A stretch of 64,000 bases of DNA from Phoronis australis (lineage: Eukaryota; Animalia; Phoronida). Numbering within the stretch: position 1 is the first letter of the stretch; the number at the start of each line of letters is the position of its first letter. Position numbers and translations under genes: made by a program. Under the pieces are notes generated by a model. The model did no database searches, was not told the DNA's origin, and was given only the letters and a program-made list of their open reading frames with translations. The DNA is taken from contig NMRA01000076.1 in the NCBI GenBank assembly GCA_002633005.1, positions 932,748 through 996,747 on the forward strand. The letters are read 5' to 3'. Of the stretch, positions 25,201-37,778 are shown piece by piece.

Positions 25201-26069
25201 TGTTAAGCTCAGTATTTTCAAAAGGTCGCCAATAGATTATCAAAAACTTGCAATTACGTCACTTACAACACATTCAAGCTTATAGATAATAGGGCGAATG
25301 AAATAGTCTAGACTAGACCAAAGATTTCAAAAACCTTGCACAAAGTCAAGTGAAGCTGATTCTAAAGTTATTTTTGCCGGAGATGCAGTAGCTACTTGAA
25401 AACGGTCAAAAGTACACCAAATTCAGCAGTTTTAGCAGCAATACCACAATTTGTACTCGGTTACTGTGAACCGAGAGGCAACGCACTCAGACTGCTAAAA
25501 CACTCCGGATTACAGAAACTAGGTGAAAAGTGAATGTTTACCAGGCAGTTTTTTTACAAATCCAAAGTGTCTGGAAGATATTTGAATTTTCTGCCACCAT
25601 TGAGGAAAATGTGTGTCAGGGTGTCAACATCTGTCAATCTTTTACTCAAAACAGATTGAATTTTTTTTGCTTTTTCGATTAAAAATAGACTAATTGTTTG
25701 AACAAGTTGAAATCTCACAAATTCTCGTCTACTTTTAATTCCAAACAACTCAAAACCAATAAAATAGTGATAAGCAAGGATTCAGTAACCTTAAATGTTC
25801 GTAGGAAAGTTTGATGGCAAAAGAACGGAGGTTCTTGGCCAAAACCTCAAATAGCATTGGACTTTCATGAAGTCCCATACAAAAATTCTCTCAGTGGTCA
25901 GCATTAAGCAATAAAAGACCACACGGAAATTTGAAAATATAGCTCGAGGAATGGTATTGGCTGAACTCTGCACGGGGATTAATCTCTCCACAAGAAAAAT
26001 GACCAGTTGCATGACATTAACACGAGTAAACCTACAGTTTTTTACTTGAAAGACAATAAACCCTAGGCC

Positions 26070-26310
26070 CAGTGGTTCATTTCATGAAACACGACTTAAG
26101 ACAGAAACTTGATCTTTCACTTCACAATTTCTGAATAAAGTTTAACAATTACGTAATTATGAGTGCATTACAACCAAGAAATTATTACAGTTGTGTCTAT
26201 TTTCTAAGACTTTAACATAATTTTGCTGAAGTGAAGTTCAATTATTTTTGTGGTTCGTAAGACCACATTTTTGTCTTAAATTTTAAGTCATATTTAATGA
26301 AACACGCCAA
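26070..26310 (-). mobile_element. Old MITE, inverted relative of 35155-35430
   Basis: Reverse complement tttaagacaaaaatgtggtcttacgaacca matches tttaagtcagaaatttggtcttacggtcca near 35185. Degenerate TIRs (tttcatgaaa...atgaaac). Confidence 0.5.
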
Positions 26311-28223
26311 AGTCTACAATGTATATTTTTTGCGAAGTTAAAATGGCACATTGTGGGTAACGGCTATCGCTGTGTAGCTAATTGAGATCGGCAATGCTGG
26401 TTCGATCAATGCCTGTGAGCTTATACAACATGACTTTGATACTGGAAGTAATTTTGAGATATTCAATAATTTTAATTAATAAAATAGGTTGCCTGATGAA
26501 ATTTCCATCACGAAATTTCACTTTTTTTCAACCACAGGATTACTACCGCAAATGCGCGTATTTAGACCCATGGGCCATACCTTGAAGCTGAGCCTGTATC
26601 CGGAACTAGGCGCACACGCTTATAGGCCAACCTTTTGTCTAAAACCACGCTAGAGTGATGTTCTGGATGTAGGAGCACCGCATTTGTTTTTATAAATATT
26701 CTCAGATATTTGTTCGTGGATTGCAGTGAAGAATCTCGCTAGTAATACGCATGCAGTTCGCATAATGGTCCTTGGCGTATTGAATGTACATGGATTTAGC
26801 TTTGTAACTTAATTTTAAACAAATCTTCGTTTTCGGTTTGAAACCATTTTCCCTGGTTTTGATGGGTATGTCAATGAAATGGCCGCCGAGTCAATGAAAT
26901 ATTCCTTTAATTTCCCTCCGCGAGCAATTACTGTTTAAACGCTATTCTACTACTAATGTACATTTTTCTCTTGTTTCACAATTGTGAGAACATCAATACG
27001 AAATTGGAATCAGTAAGTCACTGGACAGGAAATACCATTATCTATCATGCCTACAAGCTACACAGGGAGCCTAGGATATAGGAAGTGCACTGCCGATCCA
27101 CGTCGTGTAGAACTATTTCGAAAGTCAATCGAAACATGCCCAATTTTCTATTTTTTTCTAGATCAAGCTTGTTCGAGAAACATACTAGTTGTAGTGCAAT
27201 GAAGACTACAAGTGTGTTAAATTGCATTTCCTTAATACTTATGTGCTAAACAAACAAAAATGTACTAAGCCAATTTCAAATCTCATACAATCGGTCTCGT
27301 ATTATTTTTTACAGTGACAGGACTCGATTTCGTTACCAAGAACATCGAAACCATCAGCGATAAACAAAAATGCTAAATAAGAAATTTTTGGGGTTTACTT
27401 TTCGATTGGCCGAGTACGGTTATGTTTAGAAACCTCAAAAAGCTTCAGCTTAAAAGTCAACTTTGACATTTAAAATGCTGTGAAAACCCTTATCATTTTT
27501 TAATTTGACTTTGTATCATTTCACATTTGTTTAACTATATTTAAAAAGTGTTGGGACCGATTACCCGTCATGGGTATGAAATGACTGGAGCATCTGGGCA
27601 ACTATGACAACAGAATTTGTTGGTTATGGTAAAGGCAATGTTCCATGTAAGACTGCTTTTGTTTTCTTAGTATACCATTGTGTAGAAAATGTCATCAAGA
27701 TTTTACTTTTTACTCTGCGAGAATTATTGATCTAGAGCGAGATAAATATTTTGTATAAAATATTTGTATTACGAATGGTCATTAATGACTGTCTCCGTTC
27801 GCAGAAACTCGATAGTAATCCATGGCGACAACGTGTCTCGTGCCTACTATTCAAAAACATTACATAAGCACATAAAAGCTAAGATTACCACTCTCGGAAA
27901 CTTCCTAAATGGCATTAAATGAAGTTAAACTTTAACATAAATAAGTCGCTAATGCATTACGTCATTTATACGTCACATATGTGATATACCGGTGACCTAC
28001 TTCGTTTGGTCTCTTCCTAATTACGGTACTGTCGTTGAATAATGGACAGCAAAGATCGAAGTGTACGCGAAAATGTTAATTATTGTATTTCCTTGTTTAT
28101 TTTACTTGAATTTATTTGCTCGTGTGCCTGAAGTAAATAAATGTAAAATGTTTAAGCAGTGAAATGCATATATCCTTCTCCATAAAGTGGTTAGCCACTA
28201 GGAATTTTCTCATAAGTGACAGA

Positions 28224-28706
28224 ATGCAACGGATAAACGACACAGATGTTTTAACATTAGACGTGGCTGGCGTTGTCTTCAAAACGTCGGGCCGTACTGT
28301 GAATGCAAGTAAAAACAGTTTATTTTCCCGTCGCATCCAAGAAAATCTCTCATTTCAGACAAAGGAGGGAAACAAATTTGCATTTTTCGACCGAAGTGCG
28401 GACATGTTTGGCAGCGTTCTCAATTTTTATAGAACGGGAAAATTACATGTTCCGAGAAACGTGTGCAGCGAGAGTTTCCGAGAAGAGTTGTCCTTCTGGG
28501 GTATCAGCGAGCAGGTTGTTGCTGAATGTTGCACAGACGTTCTCTACCAGTCTGGCGAAAGTCTAAGAAAAAAGAAACAGATGACTGCTATGTTCACAAA
28601 CAATTTACCTCTAAAAGAACCACCTGAAAGCGCGTCTTTTTGGAAGAAGTTACGGTTTAAAGCCTACTTACACGTGGAGCGTCCATTTTCTTCAACCATT
28701 TCAACG
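28224..28706 (+). CDS. Shaw/Kv3-like voltage-gated K+ channel B, coding exon 1 (T1/BTB domain)
   Basis: LDVAG...FFDRS...[14 protein letters not shown]...EELSFWGI...AECC. Ends [12 protein letters not shown] at phase-0 donor ACG|gtaaat. The start could alternatively be the in-frame ATG at 28164. Confidence 0.92.
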
Positions 28707-28983
28707 GTAAATCAGTGAAAGAGCGTGGAGACGACAAATTCTTAGCATGTGTCTGCAACGCTATCGACTTCAAATAGTTGTGAGATTAATTCGTGAAGTT
28801 TTTCGACCTCTGTTTAAAGAATTTTGGTACTGTATTGATTTTGCTAAAATGTAAACCTACGAATCAATTGCGTTAACAGTGAGAACAGGTGTAAAAGTAC
28901 GCCAAATTTTGTTCGACATATGCCCGTGTACTGTTTTTATTATCCTGAAATTGACATATACCGAATTGTTATTTGGTTTTCAG

Positions 28984-29829
28984 GTATTCGCCTGTGTGTA
29001 CGTGACGTTCTCCTTAGCGGCTGTTACATCTATCTTGCTGATGTCGACGAGAGCCTTCCGAAGAGAACGCAATGACGTAATAGAAGTTGACACCAACATA
29101 ACCAATCCCAAGGTCTTGATGTTTTTAACTACACAGGAGATGTCTTTTCTGAGAATAGTGGAGTACGTATGTCACGTATATTTCACCATTGAACTGTGTG
29201 TTCGATTTGTCATTTATCCAAGCAAGACGCAATTCTTCAAAGTATTGAGCAATTGCATAGACTTTTTCTGTCTTATCACAAGCTGGGCATATTTATTCAT
29301 TCGTCTGTTATTTGAACACCGAGTTTTCAGCCTCCATGATACGGACTGGGTATGGATTATCCTTTTTGTAGGCAGCGTACCAATCCTTAGATCTATTCGC
29401 CTGGGAAGCTTTGCAAAGCAGTCGCGATTGGTAAAAGTTTTGTTTTTGGCGCTCGCGCAAAGTTGGCGCGTGCTTCTGCTCATGTTTCTCATAATGTCAG
29501 GGGGGACTCTTATTTACGGCCAGGTGATGTACGTTGCAGAGTTTAACAGCGCTAACACCTTTGCAGACGTCCTGATATCATGCTGGTGGGCTATAGTTAC
29601 AATGACGACGGTTGGCTACGGCGACCAATACCCTGTTTCCCCACTGGGTTACGTTGTTGGTTCTCTCTGCGCTTTGACAGGAATTGTACTGACAGCGCTC
29701 CCCATAGCAATAGTTGGACATAATTTCAATACCTTATTTTCCTTTTACGTTGATAATATTGTGAGGCAGGCAAAAACTGAAACCGTCAAATGTGCCACCA
29801 AAGCCGAAACCTCACGAATTTTGAGCTAA
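28984..29829 (+). CDS. Shaw/Kv3-like K+ channel B, coding exon 2 (S1-S6 and pore); spliced product about 442 aa
   Basis: Acceptor ggttttcag|GTA after a 277-bp intron (28707-28983). S2 EYVCHVYFTIELCVRF, S3 NCIDF, pore WWAIVTMTTVGYGDQYP, S6 LPIAIVGHNF. Confidence 0.92.
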   Translation, partial: VFACVYVTFSLAAVTSILLMSTRAFRRERNDVIEVDTNITNPKVLMFLTTQEMSFLRIVEYVCHVYFTIELCVRFVIYPSKTQFFKVLSNCIDFFCLITSWAYLFIRLLFEHRVFSLHDTDWVWIILFVGSVPILRSIRLGSFAKQSRLVKVLFLALAQSWRVLLLMFLIMSGGTLIYGQVMYVAEFNSANTFADVLISCWWAIVTMTTVGYGDQYPVSPLGYVVGSLCALTGIVLTALPIAIVGHNFNTLFSFYVDNIVRQAKTETVKCATKAETSRILS

Positions 29830-30585
29830 TTGTTTGGATACTTGCATGAAGTTTGTGGAAAACTTTTTGAAGTAACAATTTTTATCAGGTCCAGAACATT
29901 TTCATTCGTTTGCTACTGACATTTGGAATAATTTATGTATGCGTAGTTGGTATGGACTAAGAACGATAATTCCAACGAATCTGGATTTAGATATGTTAAA
30001 ACAGGCCTTCGGTTCAATGTTTCTGAATAAAATCTTTAAAAAGTGATATCGGAAAAGATATTAAGTTTTTGATCCCTCAAACTTCTTGGGGTTACAAATA
30101 TGACCGAAGATTTTGATCTGTACACGTTTTGTCACGTGTTTTGTTGTTCTCTTGTAAAAGGTTACTAACTAATGATATCAACATTTGTTTCAAATGTAGA
30201 GAAATCTATAACCAAAAATTTCGATGGTGTAGTCATTGTCATATTTGGATTAAGTGGATTCAGGTGTATGTCACTTATTGCCACAATCACTCAAGCTCAA
30301 AGACATGTTTTTCCGTCGATTACAGAACCTTTCACCGTTTTATCAGTCACAGTATTCAAAATTAAAGTAACGTATTATTTGAAAAAAGCTGAAACGTATT
30401 TTCACGCAAAATGGAACATTTGAAAACGAATGGCAGATCCTCTGACGTTTTTAGTTAGATAGAATCATAGAACTAGTGGACTGGAATGGAGTGTAACCTT
30501 CCGATAGTGACCCACGCCCTCTAGTGTAAGACCAGTTGTGAGCCGAGATTTCACGGGACTGGCTGCCAGAATTTGCACTACTTAA

Positions 30586-32823
30586 AGGTGAAGGCAACCT
30601 TTTTTCATGTTATTTTTAGCAAAAATGAGGTTCGTTGATTATCCCAGAGATATTTTTCACTTATTTACTGCTTTTCGTAATTTAATTAATTACTCGTCGT
30701 CTACTCCGGAAGTGACGTTTTGGGAGGCAAGAATTTCCCGCCAATTTCTTTTCATATAGTCTGACTTTGAGAGCAGTTGAGTCAGTCATTGTTCTACCTC
30801 GGTTGTGAAAAGTTCGGTCGTCGTTTGCTTTTGCTTACCAGTCAGTCAACATGCCACGCTGTTGCTGCTTACTGGGGTGTACTCATTATCGTCTCGCGTA
30901 CAGGGGAAGAACTGTCCCACATGCCCGAGTGTCCCGCGACACACTCCCACTGGAGGGTGATCTGAGCACCCAAACTGCTTAGATCCCGCTGTGTGACTCC
31001 CTCGCCACACACCTGGCAACTTCTAAATAGCTCCAATACAAATCCACAATAAACTTATCAAGCTTAGGCTCACCGATCTGTTCACTGGATGACGAACTGT
31101 CCTCTTCACTGGGAGTTGAACTGGGCCTGTATTCATTCCCACTACTCAACATCGCTGTAGGGCTGCTTACAGGCTCTGGGCTAGAGACAACAGCAAATCA
31201 CTGCTGGTGCCAGGAATTGCACGCAATGGGGTACGTTCGGAGAGACGGGTGACAGTAGATGAAGTGCCTCCAGTTGTAACATTTTTCATCAAAATGTATG
31301 TAACGATTTATTATAAATCGATGATTAAATTTAAGAACAAATGTGTTAATTAATATAAGTTAACTATTTTGAAAGTCACAAATATTTTAGAACAGGACTT
31401 GTTATTCTAAACAACTTGTTGTGGTAAACTTGAGTATTGCGCAATATCTTCAGAAAAGCTTTAGTTCTGCTAAGTTCTCAGTGCAGTTCTGACAAACTGG
31501 ATATGATCATCAAAATATGTTTTGGAGTGGTCAACTTTAGGTGGCTTGATTCTAAGAAACACCCACACGGATGTATTTACGCCTTGACCAGTGTCCATGT
31601 GATGTTTAGTCATATCTTAGAGTATAAATATTTCTGGAGCAGAAATAAGCGTCATTCTCAAAAGAAAAAGTTAGGAGACTAGTAAGCTCAGTAACTTTGG
31701 AGAATCCAGTATTTTAGGCAGATCACCCGAGTCTGTAGAGTTTCAAGGAGTGTGTTCAGTCAAGGATCATACTGATACACAAAACAAGAATTGGATGTTC
31801 ATGCTTGGATAAGATCAAAGGGAGCAATTTCTGTAAAGTTCATTAGAGTTTATGAGCTATGAAATGTTCTAAGATATAATATGTTTTAAGATAAATGTTG
31901 GTTTGGTAAATGTGATTTAAAGTTCATATACCGATTCAGTTAGATTTGAGTAATTTTGAATAGTTTCTTAGAGTGACTATTGTTAATAATTTAATTTAGA
32001 TTCGGTTTTATATAATATTGTCATGTATTTAGAGTATTTTGTGTATTTCATAGATTTACAGTTCTCACACGGTTCTCACAAGGATTCAAAGTTTTCACTG
32101 AGGCTCCAAGTGGAATTAGTAAATAAAATCATCCCGTCAAACTCGGACTTTGATTTTGTCTGTCCAACGCAGAACATTACACCAGTCAGTGTATATAGTG
32201 GCCACAGCACGCGAGGCTTCTCGCTTCAAAAACGCACTTCTCGGGGTTGGCGACGGGGCACTGCCGGGAATCAACAGCGACGGTATGGTACCCTTCTTCA
32301 GGCGTTGTTTCGCAGGGACCTTCATCAATTCAGCGTACATATCTCTGTCGTAATCTGACGGCAGAAAATGCTTGCCACACACTCGCTAACCCTCCACTGC
32401 TTTGTACGCTGCGTGAATGGGTAGCGCTGCGTTCTTCACATGAACGAACTAGCCAAGTACGGCGAAGTGTGTCATCTTTCGGAAAGCGACGCAAGGTACC
32501 CAAAGCGCGTGTGAGACGATAATGAGTACATCCCGGCACGCAGCAACAGCGTGGCATGTTGACTGACTTGTAAATAAAAGCAAACGACGACCGAACTTAT
32601 CACAACCGAGGTAGAACAATGAGTGACTCGACAGCCCTCACAGTCAGACTATAATGAAAAGAAATTGGCGCGAAACTCTTGCCTCCCAAAACGTCACTTC
32701 CGGAGTAGAGGACGAGAAATTAATCAAATTACGAAAACCTGTAATTAAGTGAAAAATGTGTCTGGGATAATCAACGAATCTTATTTTTGCTAAAAGTGAC
32801 ATGAAAAAAGGTTGCCTTCCCCT
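30586..32823 (-). mobile_element. Non-autonomous Kolobok-type DNA transposon with about 310-bp TIRs and a THAP remnant
   Basis: TTAA on both sides (30582-30585 and 32824-32827), termini AGGTGAAGGCAACC...GGTTGCCTTCCCCT, long imperfect inverted repeats (30586 to about 30895 versus about 32513-32823). TTAA target, AGG...CCT ends and THAP are typical of Kolobok. Confidence 0.85.
32137..32557 (-). pseudogene. Frameshifted THAP zinc-finger (N-terminus of a transposase)
   Basis: MPRCCCVPGC...RRFPKDDTLRRTW in one frame, then CGKHFLPSDY...RLKKGTIPSL in another. Together they give the C2CH THAP signature with its P, W, HF and AVP-like box. No DDE domain follows. Confidence 0.85.
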
Positions 32824-34328
32824 TTAAGCTTTTTACCGTTGCCGACAGACGAATAAGTTCATTAGACTGACTAAACTTTAATGAAGTGTAATGGTGTTAT
32901 AGTTATCGAATCCAGCCCAATGTCATTGTTTCGTATTCATTTTGTCATTTTCGTTCATAACGGACGATACCCGGTTCCAGCGATTTCTCGGCAAATTATT
33001 TGACAAATCCCTCAACAATGGTCCTTCTTTCCACGCACCGACCATCTGGCCTGGATGGATTTAGCGTGGCTTCTGATATCTTTACAGCCCGTCCTACATG
33101 CCTCTAGGTCTTCAGGAGCAAACTATCAGTTTTTATGTTATCACAGTAACTGGGGTGCTCCTTTACGACTCTGGAGTACTTTTCAGTGTTCTGTGACTTC
33201 ATTAGCTAGCTGATAGTGATATCAGCAACCATCTTTTGATTTTTTGCATCATCGCGGAATATCTTGTTGCCGTGTGCCGGCTTGCTGTTATGAGACGTCA
33301 CATACATGCCAAGAACGATTATCTGTGGAAGAAATTGGCGCGCGGATTTGCGCACTGAAGGCGACTTGTTTTTGAGCAAACAGCCCGTTTTGTCCTTCAT
33401 AGATATGTCGCTTTCCGACTTTCCACAGCTTGTCGTTGTATTGTTATCTCAATTCGAAATCGAAAGTTACTCAAACAATGCAGTTGCAGGGGCGAAACTA
33501 GTGGAAAAGTGGAATAAGTCGAGGAAAAGAAGAAAACATCAGATAAAAACTTGCTCTCGTGAAATGTGAGATTTTTTTCAGGCTTGCCTAAAGCCCAGTA
33601 TGGAAACCAGCTCATAACTTTGGCCCATTTTTCTGGTCAAAACCAGGGGCTTGTAAAAGGTAAGGGGAGACTGAAATGATCACTACCCCTCCCCAGTCGG
33701 TGGGAAAGTCGACAGTTAGTTTTGCCCTTGCAGTGAGTTATTACGTATTGGCCACTATCCTCGGGACAGCTGGCTACAATAGGTGTACACCACTCCATAT
33801 AGATATACTTATATAAAATCACTATTGAAATTATGAATGGAATAAATCAATGCAGTATTCATGTCTACAAAATTGACCAATTCGTTACGAGTTAACAAAC
33901 ATGTACAGGAATAACAACGGAAAAGTCTTTTTGCGTAAACAGTAATTTAAAATAAAACGTGTTTGTGTGCATTGTGTCTACTTGAATTACACTGGGTTTA
34001 TAAAGTTGATGCTTTTGTGGTGTAAATAAATATTGCAACAGCTAAGTTCCACTTATTAATAGGTTAAATTAAATTCTGGTATAAAAATCTAAATAAATAC
34101 AAATTGACGAAAATGCGCCAGAACACATTCGAAGGAAAACGCAAATCATTCAAACAAACTTAAAGAAATATAACGACGATTTGACAAATGATTTCGATGT
34201 TAATTTGCCCTGGAAATGTTAGTACATCTTGCATGAAGCCATTGAACTTGTCGTGAACATGTTCACTTTGGATTATGTAAAAATTACAAATAACAACTTC
34301 TCAGCAATTTATGAGAGAGGATCGATTT

Positions 34329-34547
34329 CTAGTAAGCCAGCAGTATATTGAAGATCGGTCCGACCTTGGGCTCGACAGGATAAGCCTTGCGGCGATTCAT
34401 GAAGCCCTTTGCGTTGATGTCGAGCGAGTTCGAGCTGACGAGTGTTCTTGTGTTCTGGAGGCGCTCCATGCTGATCTCGCAGTGTTTTAGCTTCTCCTTC
34501 GGGTAGCGAGAGGCAGAGTCGCTGATTTCCTGTACCCCTCTTTTCAG
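34329..34547 (-). other. Orphan coding-like terminal exon or gene fragment, unidentified
   Basis: GC-richer island in AT-rich flanks, reading LKRGVQEISDSASRYPKEKLKHCEISMERLQNTRTLVSSNSLDINAKGFMNRRKAYPVEPKVGPIFNILLAY* with many C/G-ending codons. Possible acceptor tacctttacaag| upstream. Absent from the ORF track. Confidence 0.5.
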
Positions 34548-35154
34548 CTTGTAAAGGTATTCACAAAGAATAGTAATTTTAATGTTTTACTTTTAAAAGT
34601 GTATCTTTGTTTCGAATTGCTCAACAGACTGTTTGAAATACCGGGGTTTTAGTGCTTTCTGTCCTTCATCTCGTAGGTGGCTCATGTTCGTTGGCACTAA
34701 ACTAGGTGTTAAAATTTAGAATAACTGTGCTCTGCAGAGATTAAAAACTACGCTATGTTCTAAAGTTATAAAAATAATTTCGAAATCTTATGACATTCTC
34801 TCACGATTTACTCACATTTATAAAAAGGAACGATTATGTTGTTCCAATATGCAACAAATTAGCTATGTTCATTGTATTATCGGAACTGTACGATAAGTAA
34901 ATTTAAGTTTGTTGCAACATAAAAACGATATTGCTGACATCAATGCAGTGCGAGTCTTATTCAAAGAAATATCCGGTCACTCGTGTAATATTGCTGAAGT
35001 AATGAGGCAAAGTGCTACCTACGAACTCTTTCCACATAATAAATCATCAACCCTTTGTCAAGTAGTATTCGCAATAAATTCTATCGTCAATCGTTTCAAA
35101 TGTGTTTGTGCCACTCTTCATAACTAACACGCGCATGATTTTCCCAAGTAACCA

Positions 35155-35430
35155 GGGTCCGTTTCAAAAAAAGTGACTTCAGATTTAAGTCAGAAATTTG
35201 GTCTTACGGTCCACATAATTATTTCTAAAAAATAATCAAAACTCACTCGAGAAAAAGTGTTAAGTCTCTCAGAATTTATACATAATTGCTCGATACTGAG
35301 ATAATTTCTATACTTAATTTTCTAGTATGTGACGTACTCATAATTATAAGACTAAACCATTTGCAACAACTGTGAAGTTGGAGAGTAAGACAAAATATCA
35401 GTCTTAAGTCTGAAGTCAATGTTCATGAAA
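35155..35430 (+). mobile_element. Old Harbinger-like MITE
   Basis: Subterminal inverted repeat tgacttcagatttaag / cttaagtctgaagtca; similar to 26070-26310. Confidence 0.55.
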
Positions 35431-36199
35431 CATACCACAGAAATGGTGCTTATCGTGTGAGAAAAAAAGCATGCCATAGTGTCGGTGGAAAAGCACCCAT
35501 TGGCACATGTACATGTCACAAGAAATTTCGAGCAATCGTTGTTTTGCAGTCGGTTTCTTTTTTTTAACAGTTAACAGTTTATGAAGACATATACAAAAAT
35601 ATAATACTACAAAATTCAGCCTGGAAACCGCAGTTAGCATTATATCCGGGCAGTCGGTTTCCCGCAGCTGCAGGAACCAATTTGTCTAGTAACCAATTGT
35701 TACATATTAAACATAGACATCTCTTCCTGGTATTACGAGGCTGCCTCTGCATGCAATGCCCATATTAATATCCATGTATGGTATAACCTTCGTGAATTAA
35801 GCAGAAAATAAAAGCAGCTTCGAAACTCTATTTACCTAAACTATCACCCTCAATATATTCCACGATACGACAAAATGATACCCTGGCCCTGCAAGCCTTC
35901 CGTAATTATTTTAGTTGCTTTTTCCGCTTTATTTTTTCACGTAGATGTGGCGTTGTTCACGACAACAGCAGACAAGTGTCATAAAGACTGAGTTCTCATT
36001 TATGGGTCACATGTATGGTTCATCACCTCACCAGTTATAACTAGACTCAACTCACTGAGCAGCAACTTACGGAAGCGCGAATGAGGAAACTTAACTTGGT
36101 TACTTTATTAAGTTTCACAGTAATGAAATTGATTTTTTAAACCGCTTTACCACGGGAAATATTGAGATTATCTGTAACATGGATTCAAATAGAAACATT

Positions 36200-36500
36200 T
36201 CTTTAGAGGAGATAGATGTGTATTTAGAGCAAATGAAGTCAGGTAAATCACCTGGTTCAGGTAGTATTTCACTGAAATTCTATAAGTTTTGTAATTAAGA
36301 ACTTCACCTATTACAACCAAATTATTTATTCAGATTTTTCATTCTGGTATACACTTGAACCAATCGACTATTAGTGTAATTGTGCCATTGTACAAGAGTG
36401 GAAAAAGAAATGATCCAAATAATTACCGATGGGTCACACTGTTGAAGGTTGCAGAGAAAATATTTTCAAAATTACATGTACTGTACAATAGACTTCAGGG
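36200..36500 (+). mobile_element. Short LINE reverse transcriptase fragment
   Basis: MKSGKSPGS...FYK and VIVPLYKSGKRNDPNNYR motifs of the non-LTR RT N-terminal region. Confidence 0.65.
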
Positions 36501-36842
36501 GCTAATGAAAATGATCTGATAAGAGAAGCAACTGTTCTAAAATGTAGCGACATGTCTCGGCGTTAAAACATTCACCATTGTCAGGCTTTATTCAAAGAAT
36601 GGATGACAGGATGGCTACAGAATAAACAGTTTCACGTCATTTTCCTATAAGATTGGTTTGACAGAACCGCTTGCTGATAGATATTTTAAGATTAATAATA
36701 CCTGGGCTTTATAACATTTCCTCGCTAATTGATTGAACTCGTTTTGAGAGATCGAGTGGACAAGCCCTGTTAATACCTAAGCCCAGCAACACTCGTTATT
36801 TTAGTATGCCTTATGCCGTTTTTCGTCTAAGAAGCATAGCGT

Positions 36843-37512
36843 AAATACACAAAACGTAACAAGAGTGGCGTACTAGGTGAAGTAATATCCCACTCGACAT
36901 TATTCCGTGTATCGACCGAGACCAAATTTCGAGGTAGATACGCGGAATAATGTCGAATGGGATAATACTTCATCTACGCTAATCGAGGTACGTTTTATAT
37001 TTATCCCAGACGTTTCGAATTCCTAAGTTTTTTCATTTTTTCGGCAGATTTTTAAATACGTGGCGGATCACATCCTATATGTATGTACTTGCGCGTTAGT
37101 TTGCAAGTTTTCTCTAGTAAAAGAAACAGTTTTAAATGTGAAGATTTATTACTTGAAAGAAGATAACGAAGATGAAAACAACGGTAACTGGGCATTGAAT
37201 TTGTAATATCTCCTGAAAATAATTAAATAGCAACGATATTTGATATTGCAGTTACCCAGGAATCGGCGCCTTAGTTGTAGACGATATGATACTTAGCAAT
37301 TGAAAACTGAGACAGAACGGTCATATAATTAACAGTCCTGTTCCTATATTGGGGTTGAGACCTGATTGCATGTTGAGTGTTACTTACACTGCTGCAACTG
37401 TATTACTTTAAACTGTTTTCGGAAAGTTTGATGATCGAACCGGCTATCAAGGACGAGTCGACATTGATCTACATTTTTGAATTTTCCCTGTCAGATGCGT
37501 ATGGGATAAATA
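36843..37512. repeat. Interspersed repeat with long 5' hairpin, copy A
   Basis: Colinear with 49270-49938 (e.g. tacactgctgcaactgtattactttaaact, cggaaagtttgatgatcgaaccggctatc). Hairpin about 36843-37003. Confidence 0.85.
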
Positions 37513-37778
37513 GAGATCCTACACGACTCTCTTGGCAAGCCTAGGGATTTCGACAAAATTTCCAAGAGGTTTTGCCCATGTCATCAATCTGAAACGAGTT
37601 TTCTCACAAGAACCGTAAAAACGATCACTTTTTGCCGAAAAACTCGACTTGCCTGAAACTTTCAACCACATTACGCAACTTTTGCACTGTAAAGGAGGCC
37701 AAGATACTTTCTTGTTAATAATTTTTATTTTTAAGTTAAAAGTTGCAATTTCATTTAGCTTTGGAACATTAGTCAGCA

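Noticed and set aside
17899-29829. Four separate genes (two stand-alone BTB/KCTD proteins and two T1-less channels) as suggested by the ORF track
   Set aside because: In-phase GT-AG splice sites join each pair into one full-length Kv subunit; the ORF-track ends are read-through into introns.
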